Shown here: piece by piece, positions 1 through 13,031 of the stretch
Numbering within the stretch: position 1 is the first letter of the stretch
Layout of the letters: the number at the start of each line of letters is the position of its first letter
From: Squalus acanthias
Taxonomy: Eukaryota
Length of the DNA: 64,000 bases
Direction of reading: 5' to 3'
NCBI GenBank assembly: GCA_030390025.1
Contig: CM059431.1
Span: forward strand, 130,202,001 to 130,266,000
Position numbers and translations under genes: made by a program
Notes under the pieces: model-generated
Databases searched by the model: none
Told to the model about the DNA's origin: nothing
What the model saw: the letters and a program-made list of their open reading frames with translations, nothing else

Positions 1-801
1 TGGTCGTTCTCATCGAACCAGTCTTGGTGTTTCCTGGTCGAATGACCGAGCGTCTCTTCACAGGTGCTGATTATGGAGGCCTTGAGTGCAGACCAGGCGC
101 TGTGGACACTCTGTGTCTCTGCATCACTGGGAGTCGTCAGGTTGGTTGTGAGGTGCAGGCTGAATAGGGCTTTCTTAGCAGGGTCTTTGAGTGCTCCAGC
201 ATTGATTTTCCTGCGGCATTGTTTCTGTTGTCTCCGCTGTTTTGGGGCTACATTGATGGAGATGACAGAGCGGATTAGGCGGTGGTCTGTCCAGCAGTCG
301 TCAGCTCCTGTCATGGCGCGGGTGATGCGGATGTCCTTGCGGTCACTCGCTCTGATGATGACGTAGTCCAGCAGATGCCAGTGCTTGGAGCGAGGGTGCT
401 GCCATGAGGCCTTGTACTTATCTCTCTGACGGAACAAGGTGTTGGTTATGACAAGGCCATGTTCTAAGCATTTTGACAGAAGGAGGGGACCGTTGGAGTT
501 GGCTTTCCCTACCCCCTCTCTGCTGATCACACCTCCCCAGAGGTCCTTTCCAACTCTGGCGTTAAAGTCGCCAAGGAGGATCAGCTTGTCGCCTGTTGGG
601 ACTCGGGACAAGGATTGTTCGAGGCTGGAGTAGAATTCCTCTTCGGTCTCGTTTATGGCTTCCAGTGTTGGGGCGTACGCACTGATGACCATAGTGCACT
701 GGTTCCGGGCTAGGGTGAGCCGAAGAGTCATGAGGCGCTCATTTATACTGCTAGGAGAGTCTCTGAGACGCCCAACTAGTTCATTTTTTAAGGCGAAGGC
801 C
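1..801 (-). mobile_element. RTE-clade LINE, inverted segment encoding the AP endonuclease
   Basis: The minus strand translates to FALKNELVGRL...ISAYAPT...LILLGDFNARVG...HWHLLDYVI...CWTDHRLI, which are APE motifs. It runs off the left edge of the window. Confidence 0.9.
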
Positions 802-2150
802 ATCTCACAAAGGCCTTCGACACTGTCAACCGTGAGGGATTATGGAGTGTCCTCCTCAAATTTGGCTGCACTCAGAACTTTGTCACCATCCTCCACCTGC
901 TTCATGACGACATGCAAGCCATGATCCTGACCAACGGATCCACCACAGAACCAATTCCCGTACGGACCGGGGTCAAGCAAGGCTGTGTCATCGCACCAAT
1001 GCTCTTCTCGATCTTCCTTGCTGCAATGCTCCATCTCAGCCTCAGTAAGCTCCCCGCTGGAGTGGAGCTAATTTACAGAACAAATGGGAAACTGTTCAAA
1101 CTCCGTCGCCTCCAGTCCAGATCCAAAGTCGTCCCATCCTCTGTCGTCGAATTACAGTATGCAGACGACGCTTGCATCTGCGCTAACTCGGATGTCGAAA
1201 TCCAAACCATCGTCAGAACCTTCACCAAAGCGTACGAGAGCATGGGCCTTACACTAAACATCCGTAAGACAAAGGTCCTCTACCAACCTGCCCCCGCCAC
1301 ACAGTACTGCCCCCCGATTATCAAAATCCACGACAAGGCCTCGGACAACGTGGACCACTTTCCATACCTCGGGAGCCTACTGTCAACAAGGGCAGACGTC
1401 GATGACGAAGTCCAACACCGCCTTCAGTGTGCCAGTGCAGCCTTCGGTCACCTGAGGAAGAGAGTGTTTGAAGACCAGGACCTCAAACCCGGCAATAAGC
1501 TCATGGTCTACAGAGCAGCAGTGATACCCGCCCTGCTGTATGCCTCAGAGACATGGACCATGTACAGAAGGCACCTCAAAGCACTGGAGAGGTACCACCA
1601 ATGCTGCCTCCGCAAGATCCTGCAAATCCATTGGGAGTATCGGCGCACCAACACCAGTGTTCTTGCTCAGGCCAGCATCGAAGCTTTGACCACGCTCGAT
1701 CAGCTCCGATGGACAGGTCATATCGTCTGCATGCCCGATACGAGACTCCCAGAACAAGCGCTCTACTCGGAGCTCCGACACGGCAAGAGAGCCCCAGGTG
1801 GGCAGAGGAAACGCTTCAAGGACACTCTCAAAGCCTCCTTGAAAAAGTGCAACATCCCCACTGACACCTGGGAATCCCTGGCCCAAGACCGCACAAAGTG
1901 GAGGAGAAGCATCCGGGAAGGCGCTGAACACCTTGAGTCTCTTCGCCGGGAGCAAGCGGAAGCCAAGCGCAAGGAGCGCACGTCAACCCAAGCACCCCAC
2001 CCACCCGCCCCTTCAACTACCGTCTGCCCCACCTGTGACAGAGACTGTAGGTCTCGCATTGGACTCATCAGTCACCTGAGAACTCATTTTTAATGTGGAA
2101 GCAAGTCATCCTCGGTTCCGAGGGACTGCCTAAGAAGAAGAACAAGAAGA
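802..2150 (+). mobile_element. RTE-clade LINE, reverse transcriptase, C-terminal zinc finger and (aag)n tail
   Basis: Open frame 804-2093 with LTKAFD, GVKQG, QYADD, YLG and CPTC...HLRTH. Short 3' UTR ends in aagaagaag repeats. Confidence 0.93.
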
Positions 2151-5100
2151 CTATAGAAGAAAGTAGTATTAGAGGCAGAAGTAGTACCATATTAGAGAGG
2201 AGCAGACTAAAAAAGACTACGAAAAATTCAAAAATGGGTTTAGAATGCATGTATGTAAACGCACAAAGTGTGGTGAATAAGGTTGGTGAGCTACAAGCAC
2301 AATTAGCCATGTGGCAATATGATGTTGTGGCAATAACGGAAACGTGGCTTAAAAACGGTGAGGACTGGGCACTCAATATTCAAGGGTACAAGGTGTTCAG
2401 AAAAGATAGGGAATGAAAAAAGGGAGGTGGGGTGGCAGTGCTAATTAAGGAAGACATTGTAGTGTTGGAAAGGGAGGATGTTCTTGAGGGGACAAGGACA
2501 GAATCCATTTGGTTAGAGTTGAGGAGCAAAACGGGTATGATCACGCTATTGGGGGTATTCTACAGGCCTCCAAATAGTGAGAGGGAGGTAGAGGAGCAAA
2601 TCTGCAGGGAAATCGCAGATATATGCAAGAGCTATAGAGTGGTGATACTGGGGGACTTTAGTTACCCAAATATCGATTGGGATAATGCTAGGTAAAGGGA
2701 AAGGAGGGGGAGGAAATTGTGAAATGTGTTCAGGAGAATTTCCTTGACCAGTATGTTCTTGGCCCAACTAGGAAGGAGGCATTGCTGAATCTGGTGCTGG
2801 GAAATGAGGTGGGCCAGGTCGACCAAGTGTCTGTGGGAGAACACTTGGGTACGAGTGATCATCGTATCATAAGATTTAGATTAGCAATGGAGAGGAGCAA
2901 GGAACAATCTAGAGTGGAACTTCTAAACTGGAATAGGGCTAACTTCAATGGGATGCGAAAGGATCTAGCCAGGGTAAAATGGAACCAAAGACTGACAGGA
3001 AAAACTGTAATGGAACAATGGGTGATCTTAAAGCAGGAGATGTTCCAAGTACAGGCTAGGTACATTCCAACAAGAGGGAAGGGTAAGGGAACCAAAGAAA
3101 GGGCTCCTTGGATGACGAAGGAGATAGAGAAGATGATGAAACAAAAAAAGGTGTATGATGAATGTCAGGTGAATTCTTCAAGGGAGAACCAGACCAAATA
3201 CAATAAGTTGAGAGGGGAAGTGAAGATGAAAATAAGATTGGCAAAGAGAGAATATATGAGTAGAATGACAGTTAACATAAAAGGGAACCCAAAAATCTTC
3301 TCCCAGCATGTAACCAGTAAGCGGGTAGGAAGAGGCGGGGTGGGGCCTATTAGGGACAAAGAAGGTGATATATGCTTAGAGGCGTTGGGCAAGGCTAGAA
3401 TACTCAATGAGTACTTTGTATTGGTGTTTACTAAGGAGGTGGATTCTGACAAAATATCGGTAGAAGTGGAAAAGGTAGAAGCAATGGAAGGGGTGAAAAT
3501 TGATGGAGAGCATGTACTGGAAAGGCTGGGTATGCTTAGAGTGGATAAGTCGCCTGGTCCAGATGGCTTGCATCCCAGGTTGCTAAGGGAATTGGGGGAG
3601 GAAATAGCGGAAGGGCTTGCCATAATTTTCCAATCTTCCCTAGATGCGGGGGAGGTGCCTGAGGATTGGAAAGTGGCAAATGTGACACCATTGTTCAAGA
3701 AAGGGTGTGAGGACAATCCTAGTAACTACAGGCTGGTCAGTTTAACATCAGTGGTGGGTAAAGTTTTAGAAACAATAATCAAGGAAAAAATTAATGGGCA
3801 CTTGGAGAGGTTTAAGCTAATTAAGGAGAGCCAACACGGATTTGTAAAAGGCAGATTGTGTTTGACTAATCTAATTGAATTTTTTGATGAAGTAACAGGG
3901 AGGATTGATGAAGGGAATGCAATGGATGTTGTCTACATAGATTTTAGGAAGGCGTTTGACAAAGTACCACATAGTAGGCTGGTTAACAAAATTGAGGCTC
4001 ATGGAATAGGTGGGTCAGTGGCAACTTGGATAAGGAATTGGCTTAAGGACAGAAAACAGCGAGTTGTGGTAAATGGCTGTTTTTCAGACTGGAGGATGGT
4101 AGACAGTGGTGTTCCCCAAGGGTCAGTGCTGGGGCCACTGCTTTTTTTGATATATATATAAATGACCTGGATATTGGAATACAGAGTAGAATTTCTAAAT
4201 TTGCCGATGACACCACACTTGGGGGTGTGGCAAACAGTGAGGATGATACCAATCAACTGCAACAGGACATAGAAAGGCTAGCAGAATGGGCAGACAAGTG
4301 GCAGATGGAATTTAATACAGAGAAGTGTGAGGTGATGTATTTTGGCTGAAGGAACAGGGAGAGGCAATATACACCTAATGGCACAGTTTTAAAGAGTGTG
4401 CAGGGACAGAGGGACCTGGGAGTTAATGTGCATAGGTCCCTGAAGGTGACAGGACATATTGAGGGAATGGTTAGCAAAGCATATGAGATCTTGGGCTTCA
4501 TAAATAGAGGTATTGAGTACAAATGTTGAGAAGTTATGCTGAACCTTTATAAAGCGCTGGTTAGGCCACAACTGGAGTATTGCATCCAGTTCTGGTCACC
4601 ACACTTTAGGAAGGATGTGAAGGCCCTTGAGAGGGTGCAGAGGAGATTTACTAGAATGGTTCCGGGGATGGGGGATCTTCGCTACAAGGACAGGTTGGAG
4701 AAGCTGGATTTGTTTTCATTGGAGCAAAGGAGGTCGAGGGGTGATTTGATAGAGATGTACAAGATTATGACGGGCTTGGATAGGCTAGACCGGGAAAGAC
4801 TGTTCCCATTCGTTGAGCGTCAGCTGTGGCTCGGTTGGTAGCACACTCACCTCTGAGTCAGAAGGTCGAGGGTTCAAGTCCCTGGAGTGGGACTTGAGCA
4901 CGTAAATCTAGACTGACTCTCCAGTGCAGTGCTGAGGGAGTGTTGCACTGTTGGAGGTGCCGTCTTTTGGATGAGATGTTAAATTGAGGTCCTGTCTGCT
5001 CTCTCAGGTGGATGTAAAAGATCCCATGGCACTATTTCGAAGAAGAGCATGGGAGGTATCCCTGGTGTCTTGGCCAATATTTGTCCCTCAATCGACATAA

Positions 5101-5580
5101 CAAAAAACAGATTATCTGGTCATTATTACGTTGCTGTTTGCGGGACCTTGCTGTGTGCAAATTGGCTGCCGCATTTCCTACATTACAACAGTGACTCCAC
5201 TTCAAAAGTCCTTCTTTGGCTGTGAAGCGCTTTGAGACGTCTAGTGGTCGTGAAAGGCGCTATATAAATGCAAGTCTTTCTTTCTTACAAGGACTAGGGG
5301 ATGCAGATTTAAGGTTTTGGGCAAGAGATACAAGGGAGATGTGAGGAAAAACTTTTTTATGCTGCGAGTGGTGAGGACCTGGAACTCGCTGCCGATGGAA
5401 GTGGTGGAAGCAGAGACACTCAATGTTTACAAGGGGAGACTGGAAAAGCACTTGAGGGAAATAAACTTGCAGGGCTACGGGGATAGAGCGGGGGAATGGG
5501 ACTGACTGGATTGCTCTACAAAGAGCTGGCACAGACTCGATGGGCTGAATGGCCTCCTTCTGTGCCTCTATGACTCTATG
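2151..5580 (+). mobile_element. CR1 LINE, family A copy 1 (degenerate ORF2 endonuclease-RT), interrupted by a SINE
   Basis: Motifs YVNAQS, ITETW, GDFSYP, KSPGPDG, DFRKAFD and [10 protein letters not shown], with stops and frameshifts. CR1 3' UTR and (ctatga)n-like tail. The RTE tail abuts its 5' side. Confidence 0.95.
4817..5285 (+). mobile_element. tRNA-derived Deu-domain SINE (SacSINE1-like) with L2-like tail
   Basis: A box tggctcggttgg, B box ggttcaagtcc, and central gtaaaagatcccatggcactatt. The tail aaaggcgctatataaatgcaag matches the L2 3' end near 38435-38456. It splits the CR1 at ttga|tacaagg. Confidence 0.85.
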
Positions 5581-6391
5581 TTAGCTTTTTTTACAATATT
5601 GTACCTCAAGATCTCCCCCTCTGGATTGCTGTTGTACCCTATGATTTCCCCTTTCCCCAGTGCTATGAAATCCTAATATTTCTCCTTCTTCATACTGCCA
5701 ATCCCTAGGAACTCCAAAATCCCAACACCTCCCCTCTCTGCACTACTGCTAGACCACAGCATTTCTTCCCCTCCCCTAAATGCTGCAAACCTCAAGATCC
5801 CCCCTCATCAGTACTACCATATCCTTTGACTTACCATGAGCAACTAGAGTTAACATTTCTAGTGATAGTCTACCATTTGGTATTCCACTGTGAAAAAGAC
5901 ACATTTTTTTTTACCAATTCTTATCACTTAACACTGAAAGCATTACTGAAAATGAAGATAATATATTGACTTGAATGAGTTACAGTTTTTCTGCATGCCA
6001 CACATTCCAGTGTTTGCATTGGAATAAGTGTACAATAACTTAGAATAAGTGTACACTAACTGGGCTATTAAATATTTTGGCACATTGCCAGATGGAAGGT
6101 GCAAATATATTACCATGCAGTTGATAAAAAGTACTGCTAATGTTAAGTGCTTGGCATTAGCACACTGGCAGTGATGTCATTTTTTTTTCCTCCTACATAA
6201 AATAGGAATCATGTATTCAAATAAGATTTTTTCCCCCCTTTTTAGCAAACTTTCTATCCTCCTGCCCTGAAGGCATTGGCTCTTTGGTATTCTTCTCATG
6301 TTGTACTTGAATGTGAATGTCAGTTGGCTATTCACACATGGAGAACATCTCAGCCAAGTCTCATTCTCTTCTCACCTGCTATCTACACATA

Positions 6392-6719
6392 GGGCTGGAT
6401 TTTGATAGTGGGGCGGGTTGGGGTCGTGTCATCCACTTTTCGTGTGATCCACCCGACTGCAATTGGATGTGGGAGATTGATGTGATTTTCACCAAATTGG
6501 GCAATTGAGTTCCAGCATGTGGGAACCCATGAACCAATTAGTGTTTTCAGTCTGAAAGTCGCCTCTGATGATGTCATCATTACTGCTGCATTGAAGGTCT
6601 TCAGAGACTGCCTGGCCTTTGCTGTGAGAGGACCTGGATGCAAAATGAGCAGCAGCAGCCGCCGAGAGAGAGAGAGAGAGAGAGAGAGAAGAGAAGAGAA
6701 GAGAGGAGAGAGGAGAGAG

Positions 6720-6761
<42 letters not shown>

Positions 6762-7193
6762 GCCTTTGCTGTGAGAGGACCTGAAGGCAAAATGAGCAGC
6801 AGCAGTCCTAGGTCTGCTCCCAGATATGTTTCCTACTACTACTACTTCTCCGTTGTAATAGTGGACCTGCAGCTGATAGTCAGCTTTTGAAATGTGTTAC
6901 CGCCAGGTTTCACATTCGTGGTTCGGAACAGGCGTGCTTCACGTAGAACAAGGGTTAAAATCACAAAGGCCTTTCAAAATGGGATTATAGAGCCAATTTA
7001 GTGCTTGTTAAGGGCCCGAACAGCCTATCCCGCCTCTTAAAGGCGGGATGGAGTCGGGACCAGCAGACACGATTTTATGAAAATTGCGTGGAGGCGGGAT
7101 GGAGGCGGACTTGTGCCCGCCCGCCAGTTTTCGCTATTTTAACCCCCCACACGCCTCCAAACCCTCCTCCACAGGTCAATGAAAATCCAGCCC
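6392..7193. mobile_element. Harbinger-type non-autonomous element (MITE)
   Basis: Perfect 12-bp TIR gggctggatttt/aaaatccagccc with flanks ata/gta. It shares gtcgcctctgatga(t/c)gtcat with the subterminal region of the Harbinger at 19061-19080. Confidence 0.8.
6664..6758. repeat. (GA)n compound microsatellite
   Basis: Directly visible. It lies between two approximately 50-bp direct repeats. Confidence 0.97.
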
Positions 7194-8494
7194 GTACACT
7201 TTTCAGCCAAGTCCACTAGATAATGTTCAAGAGCAAAAACACTGCCAATCCTCGCCAACTCCAAGCCTAATTGTAGCACCTCAGTTGTTCCCCAGGGTAA
7301 GATAAATTAACTCTTCACAGTCCAGGAATCGAACCTAGGAACTTCTGATCTTAATGGCTTCGTATTACAAATTTGATGGTTTTATCAAATGTGCTACTTT
7401 GCAAAATCTATATTTTCTTTTGAGGACAATATCTCAAAACAATTATTATTCAGTTAAAATCAAGGAGGTTTCTGAGCATTTTGTAGATTTTAAGTGCCAT
7501 AGCATTTATAGTTATGAATGCGTCACTGAACAGAGTCTCAACAAGGAACCTTTGTCCTCAGTGCATTATATCAAACCTCAAGTCCCAGTTAAATGCTCAC
7601 TGTGTTTAATGAAATGGCTCTGGCATACAAATATACCCAGCTGGTTGTATTTAAACATACCTCAAAGACAGGGTGGGGAACTATGTGAATTATCTATCCA
7701 TCTGTGGTCAATGTAAATTGTATTTAACAACTATAACAGCTGATTAGTAGGTTAAAACAGAGAGCCATAAGTGCAACAGTGAAGTTCTTTGAAAAGTAGA
7801 TAAAAGGAAACATTGTTGTCTATGAAGGTTAGCAACTGAGTGGCTACATGTTCACCTATGATCTACTTAGTCTCTATAAATGGCTGATGACCAGAACATA
7901 ATTGACATACTATTGCGACCAGATTGCTTTGATCACTATGAAAGGTCATTAGAGCCAAGGGTGGTCCAGGAAGTCGTAACTACCAAATATTTACTCTAAT
8001 GGAACAAAAATGTAGTTCTTTGCTGCGTGAAAACTCTGAATTCAGCTTTTGTAACTTCTAACTGTTTGGTCTTTCTCCCAACACTTTGAAGGTGTTCACC
8101 GCAAAAAAGCAGCAGCAACAGCAGATTATATCTCTGATGATCAAAACCTGTGGCTTGTGTATAAGGTGAATGGGATTGCATGTCACAGGACTAACAATGA
8201 TCTATTAATTATTGTATAACAAATGAGCGACTACGTGGGTTATAAGAAAAGTGATAATTCTATGCAGTGAGTCCATCATATTCAGCTAAAATTAATAGAT
8301 TTATTTGCCACTAAGTTACTAATTGTGCAAATGCCTGGAAAAAAAATTCAGTACATTCCAAAAGAGTTGAAAATATCTTGGTCAGAATGTATTCTTACAC
8401 AATCCAATAATCTGCAAGAGTAGATGTCCCAGTGTGAGTTTAACGGGTATAGCAATATTCTTGTACACTGTACTTGGTCTGAAGGCCTGATTTC

Positions 8495-10521
8495 AGAAAT
8501 TAAAGCTCGTATTCAGTTAAAGGAGGAAGCTTATAAAGTTGCCAGAAAAAGCGGTCAGCCTGAGCATTGGGATCTTTTTAGAAATCAGCAAAGGGGGAGC
8601 AAGAAATTGATAAAGAAAGGGAAAATGGAATATGAGCACAAACTAGCGATAAATATAAAAACGGATTGTAAAAGCTTCTATAGGTATGTGACAAGGAAAA
8701 GACTGGCGAAGGTAAATGTAGGTCCTTTACAGTCAGAGACAGGAGAATTTATAATGGGGAATGAGGATATGGCTGAGAAATTAAATAAATACTTTGTTTC
8801 TGTCTTCACGGAGGAAGACAGAAAAAACCTCCCAGAAATACGAGAAAACCAAGGGAGTGACGAGAATGAGGAACTTAAAGAAATTATTATTAGTAAAAAA
8901 ACAGTACTAGCAAAATTAATGGGACTATAAGTCGATAAATCCCAACGACCAGATGACCTACATCCTAGGGTTTTGAAAGAGGTGGCCTTTGGAATAGTGG
9001 ACACATTGGTTGTCATCTTCCAAAATTCTATAGACTTTGGAACGGTTCCTGCAGATTGGAGGATAGCAAATGTAACCCCGCTATTTAAGAAAGGAGGGAG
9101 AGAGAAAATGGGGAACTACAGACCTGTTAGCCTCACATCAGTAGTTGGGAAAATGCTGGAATCTATTATAAAGGATGCAATAACTGGGCACTTAGAAACT
9201 AATAGTAAGATTGGGCAGAGTCAACATGGATTTATGAAAGGGAAATCCTGTTTGACAAACCTATTGGAGTTCTTTGAGGATGTAACTAGTGGAGTAGACA
9301 AAGGGGAACCGGTAGATGTGGTGTATCTGGATTTTCAGAAGGCCTTCGATAAGGTCCCACACAAGAGGTTGGTGAACAAAATTAGGGCACATGGAATTGG
9401 GGGTAATATGCCAGCATTAATTGAGAATTGGTTAACAGACAGAAAACAAAGAGTAGGGATAAATGGATCTTTTTCAGGATGACAGGCTGTGACTAGTGGG
9501 GTACCGCAAGGATCGGTGCTTGGGCCCCAGCTATTCACAATCTATATCAATGATTTGGATGAGGGGACTAAATGTAACATTTCCAAATTTGCTGATGATA
9601 CAAAGCTAGGTGGCAGTGTCAGTTGCGAAGAGGATGTGAAGAGGCTTTAAGGGGATCTCGACAGGCTTAGTGAGTGGGCGAGAACATGGCAGATGGAATA
9701 TAATGTGGATAAATGTGAAGTTATCCACTCTGGTAGAAAAAACAAAGGCAGAGTATTTCCTAAATGGTGAAAGATTGGGGAATGCAATTGCTCAAAGGGA
9801 CCTGGGTGTCCTGTACATGAGTCACTGAAAGTGAATGTGCAGGTGCAGCAAGCCATTAGGAAGGCAAATGGTATGCTGGCCTTCATTACAAGAGGATTTG
9901 AGTACAGGATTAAAGAAGTCTTACTCTAATTATATAGGGCCTTGGTGAGACCACACCTGGAGTACTGCATACAATTTTGGTCTCCTTACCTGAGGAAGGA
10001 TATACTTGCCATAGAGGGAGTGCAACGAAGGTTCACGAGATTGATTCCTGGGATGGCGGGACTGTCGTGTGAGAAGAGATTGAGTAAACTAGGCCTGTAT
10101 TCTCTTGAATTCAGAAGAATGAGAGCGGATCTCATTGAAGCATACAAAATTATTACAGGGCTTGATAGGATGGATGCTGGGAGAATGTTTCCCTTGGCTG
10201 GGGAGTCTAGAACCAGGGTCCACAGCCTCAAGATAAAGGGTAGGCCATTCAGGACTGAGATGAGAAGAAATGTCTTCACACAGAGGGTGGTGAATCTTTG
10301 GAATTCTCTACCCCAGAGGGCTGTGGAGGCTCAGTCATTGGGTATATTCAAAACAGAAGTCGATAGATTTCTGACTAGTAAGGGCATCAAGGGATATGAC
10401 GATAGGGCCGGTGAATGGAGTTGAGGCAGAAGATCAGCCATGATCTCATTGAATGGCGGAGCAGGCTCGAAGGGCCGAATGGCCAACTCCTGCTCCTATT
10501 TCTTATGTTCTTGTGTTCTTA
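8495..10521 (+). mobile_element. CR1 LINE, family B copy 1, 5'-truncated
   Basis: RT motifs [16 protein letters not shown] and FADD, then a CR1 3' UTR and ttcttatg tail. Near-identical to 58773-61325. Confidence 0.95.
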
Positions 10522-10984
10522 ACCGGGAGCATCAAACCCCTTGACCTTGGCAGTATGAGACACAGGCTTCATCTGCATACTGCTCCAGTCCACTGCCCAT
10601 CCGAAATAGGTGGGAAGTGGCAGCTGGCCGGCGGACAGGAGTGGAATTTCCAGTGGTAGCACGGAATGGTCATCAGTAAGCAGATATGTCGTCGGGAGGG
10701 GGTTTTGAGAGGTTCTCGCATTTTGATGGGGGGAGGGGGGTTGGGAGGTGGGACAGAAGAGGCCTATGCTTTCCTTGTGGAAAGGAAAAGGAAAATTAAA
10801 TGAAAATAAATTTTACCTATTTTAACTTCTGGCCCCAGTCCTCTTCCCACTGTCTTCACCCAGGGAGAAAGCTACAATGGCTTCCCCACTCAGGCCACCA
10901 CTTAAAATTGTAGGCATCGGGTAAGTTTCCTGACAGTTTTATATATTCACTTCAATGCGATGAGACAGAGACTGTCCACAGTAA

Positions 10985-11652
10985 ACTGGGCAAATCTGTT
11001 AATGGATAAAATGACAGAAGATCAGTGGGAGGTGTTCAAAGATGTTTTTATATGATACAGAACCAGTTTATACCCCTGAGGGGCAAGAACTCTACTTGCC
11101 AAAAAAAACGCCATGCACAACTAAAGAGGTAAGGGACAACATAAAACTAAAAGAAAAAGCATACAAAAATGCAAAAACTAGCACAGATCCTGGCAACTGT
11201 GAGAGATACAAAGAACAACAAAAGGTGACAAAACAGATAGTAAGAGCTACAAAAAGGAGTATGAAAAGAAATTGCAAAGGATATCAAAATCAACACACAA
11301 TTTTTTTACAATTATATTCGGAAAACGAGGATGGTCAAGAGCAATGTGGGCCCCTTGAAAACTGATAATGGTGATATTGTAAGTGAAAATTAGGAAATAG
11401 CGTACATGTTGAATAATTAATTTGCGTCAGTATTTACAGTAGAGGAAGAGGATAGCAATGCAGACATCCCATGCAAATTAATATTGAATCAGGGACGGGT
11501 ACTCTCCAAAATTAACGTAAGCAAAATAACGGTGATGAAGAAAATAATGGCACTAAAGAGAGGCAAATCTCCAAGGTGAGAACATTGCAGATGCCCTAAC
11601 TATAATCTTCCAAAGTTCTCTTGATTCGGGAACCATTCCTTTAGATTGGAAA
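10985..11652 (+). mobile_element. Old CR1 ORF2 fragment
   Basis: Degenerate linker-to-RT translation (LNN*FASVFTVEE, IIFQSSL, DWK). Confidence 0.75.
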
Positions 11653-12560
11653 AGCAAGAGGTGCATGCTTACACCATCTACAGCTTGTAAATCAGAAGAG
11701 ATTGTGGGATGAAGGGGATGTGGGAAGGAGGAGTAGGTATGAGGATACCGTCATCTTGCAGTGTTTCGGCTGCACTGCTTGCCAAGGGCTCAGCGATGGC
11801 TGCTCTGATGATCTCCAGCACCGTCTCCTCTATTAGCGTATGGTTACGTCTCCCTTTGGGTAGCCCCTGCTGTCTCCGGTTATGAGCCACCTTGTCCTTC
11901 AAGAGAGAGGGAAGTGTGTCAGTGAACGTAGTGCAAGGTGTATGGGTGATGTGCCTGTCATGGTTGAATAGCTGGCAGTGTGTGCAAGCTGTGAGATGTG
12001 GGTGTGAGGCTTGCAGCAGTGCTAAGTGTGTGAGGGTGGGATGAAGCTATGAATGTGAGGTCTGAGTCATGATTGATAGAGATTGTTCGTAGGTGAGTAA
12101 ATGGGGTGTGGTGAATTGAGCAGTGTCTGAGGCTAGTGGTTCAGTTGTAAGGCTATGGAATTTGAAGATTAATTCACTGACGTTGACCACTCGTGTGAGG
12201 CCATTGAACAACTTGCAGCTCTGCATCCAGGTCCTCGGGGCTATACTGCTGACATTGACAGTGACGGCTATCTACTCCCATTACCTTTTCTGCATTTACC
12301 TGGAGGGCTTCCTGGCCTCCTGTGGAAACAGGACCTCTCTCCTCCTTTCCACCTCCTGCACCAAGGCCTCCAGTGCTGCATCCGAGCACCTTGGAGCACT
12401 CTCTTTCCCCTGTTGTGCCATTGTACTTCTTCCTGCTCACACTCTGTTCCCCAGCCAGTTGAATCACCTGCTGCAGTCAGAATGCAACTCCCCTTTAAGA
12501 GGTGCAGGCTGGCTTTAAGAAGTGTAGGCTTGCTTTAATTATTTCTAGCCTCACACAAAC
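11653..12560 (-). mobile_element. Harbinger Myb/SANT gene fragment
   Basis: The minus strand gives DKVAHNRR after an acceptor, an RTWMQSCKLFNGLTRV-like exon 1, and an upstream cttaaagggg promoter motif. Same layout as 18234-18976. Confidence 0.7.
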
Positions 12561-12700
12561 TTCATAGAACACTTGTGAACTCGTGCTTGTCAGAGCCTGC
12601 ACACAGCTATGGAAAATCTGACTTTCCGCATGACCATTCTAGAGTAATTCTTCTGTGTCTTTGCAATAGCAGGGTCAAATGTGTGATGCATCAGCCCTCA

Positions 12701-13031
12701 TCATAGAATCATAAAATGATATAGCACAGAAGGAGGCCATTTGGCCCTTCATGCCTGTGCTGGCTCTATGGTAGAGCTATCCAATTTGTCCCACTCCCCT
12801 ACTCTTTTCCCATAGCCCTGTAAATATTTTCGCTTCACGTATTTGTCCAATACCCTTTTGAAAGTTACAACCGACCCTTCTGCCACTGGAAACAGTTGCT
12901 CCGTATTTACTCGATCAAAACCATTCATGATTTTGAACACCTCAATCAAATCTCCCCTTAACCTTCTCTGCTCTGAGAGAACACCCGCAGCTTTGCCAGA
13001 CTCTCCACATAACTGAAGTCCCTCATCCCTC
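12701..13031 (-). mobile_element. CR1 3' fragment
   Basis: EQRRLRGDLIEVFKIM plus a CR1 3' UTR and tail on the minus strand. Confidence 0.85.

Larger units (their letters stand above)
6235..7400 (-). mobile_element. Old tRNA-derived SINE split by a MITE
   Basis: B box on the minus strand (ggttcgattcc, about 7325-7335). Both halves align in patches with the old SINE at 57950-58350 (cagccaagtc, gccaat, gacc/aacttc...atggctt). Confidence 0.5.

Noticed and set aside
64..924. Plus-strand ORFs at 64, 439 and 655, and many other 60-180 aa ORFs antisense to LINEs
   Set aside because: They are shadow frames of LINE coding sequence with no independent protein signature.
4817..4895. tRNA gene
   Set aside because: The A and B boxes belong to a SINE head followed by a SINE body and tail.
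6519..6890. ORF with an RE-repeat (123 aa)
   Set aside because: It is a translation of the (GA)n microsatellite inside a MITE.
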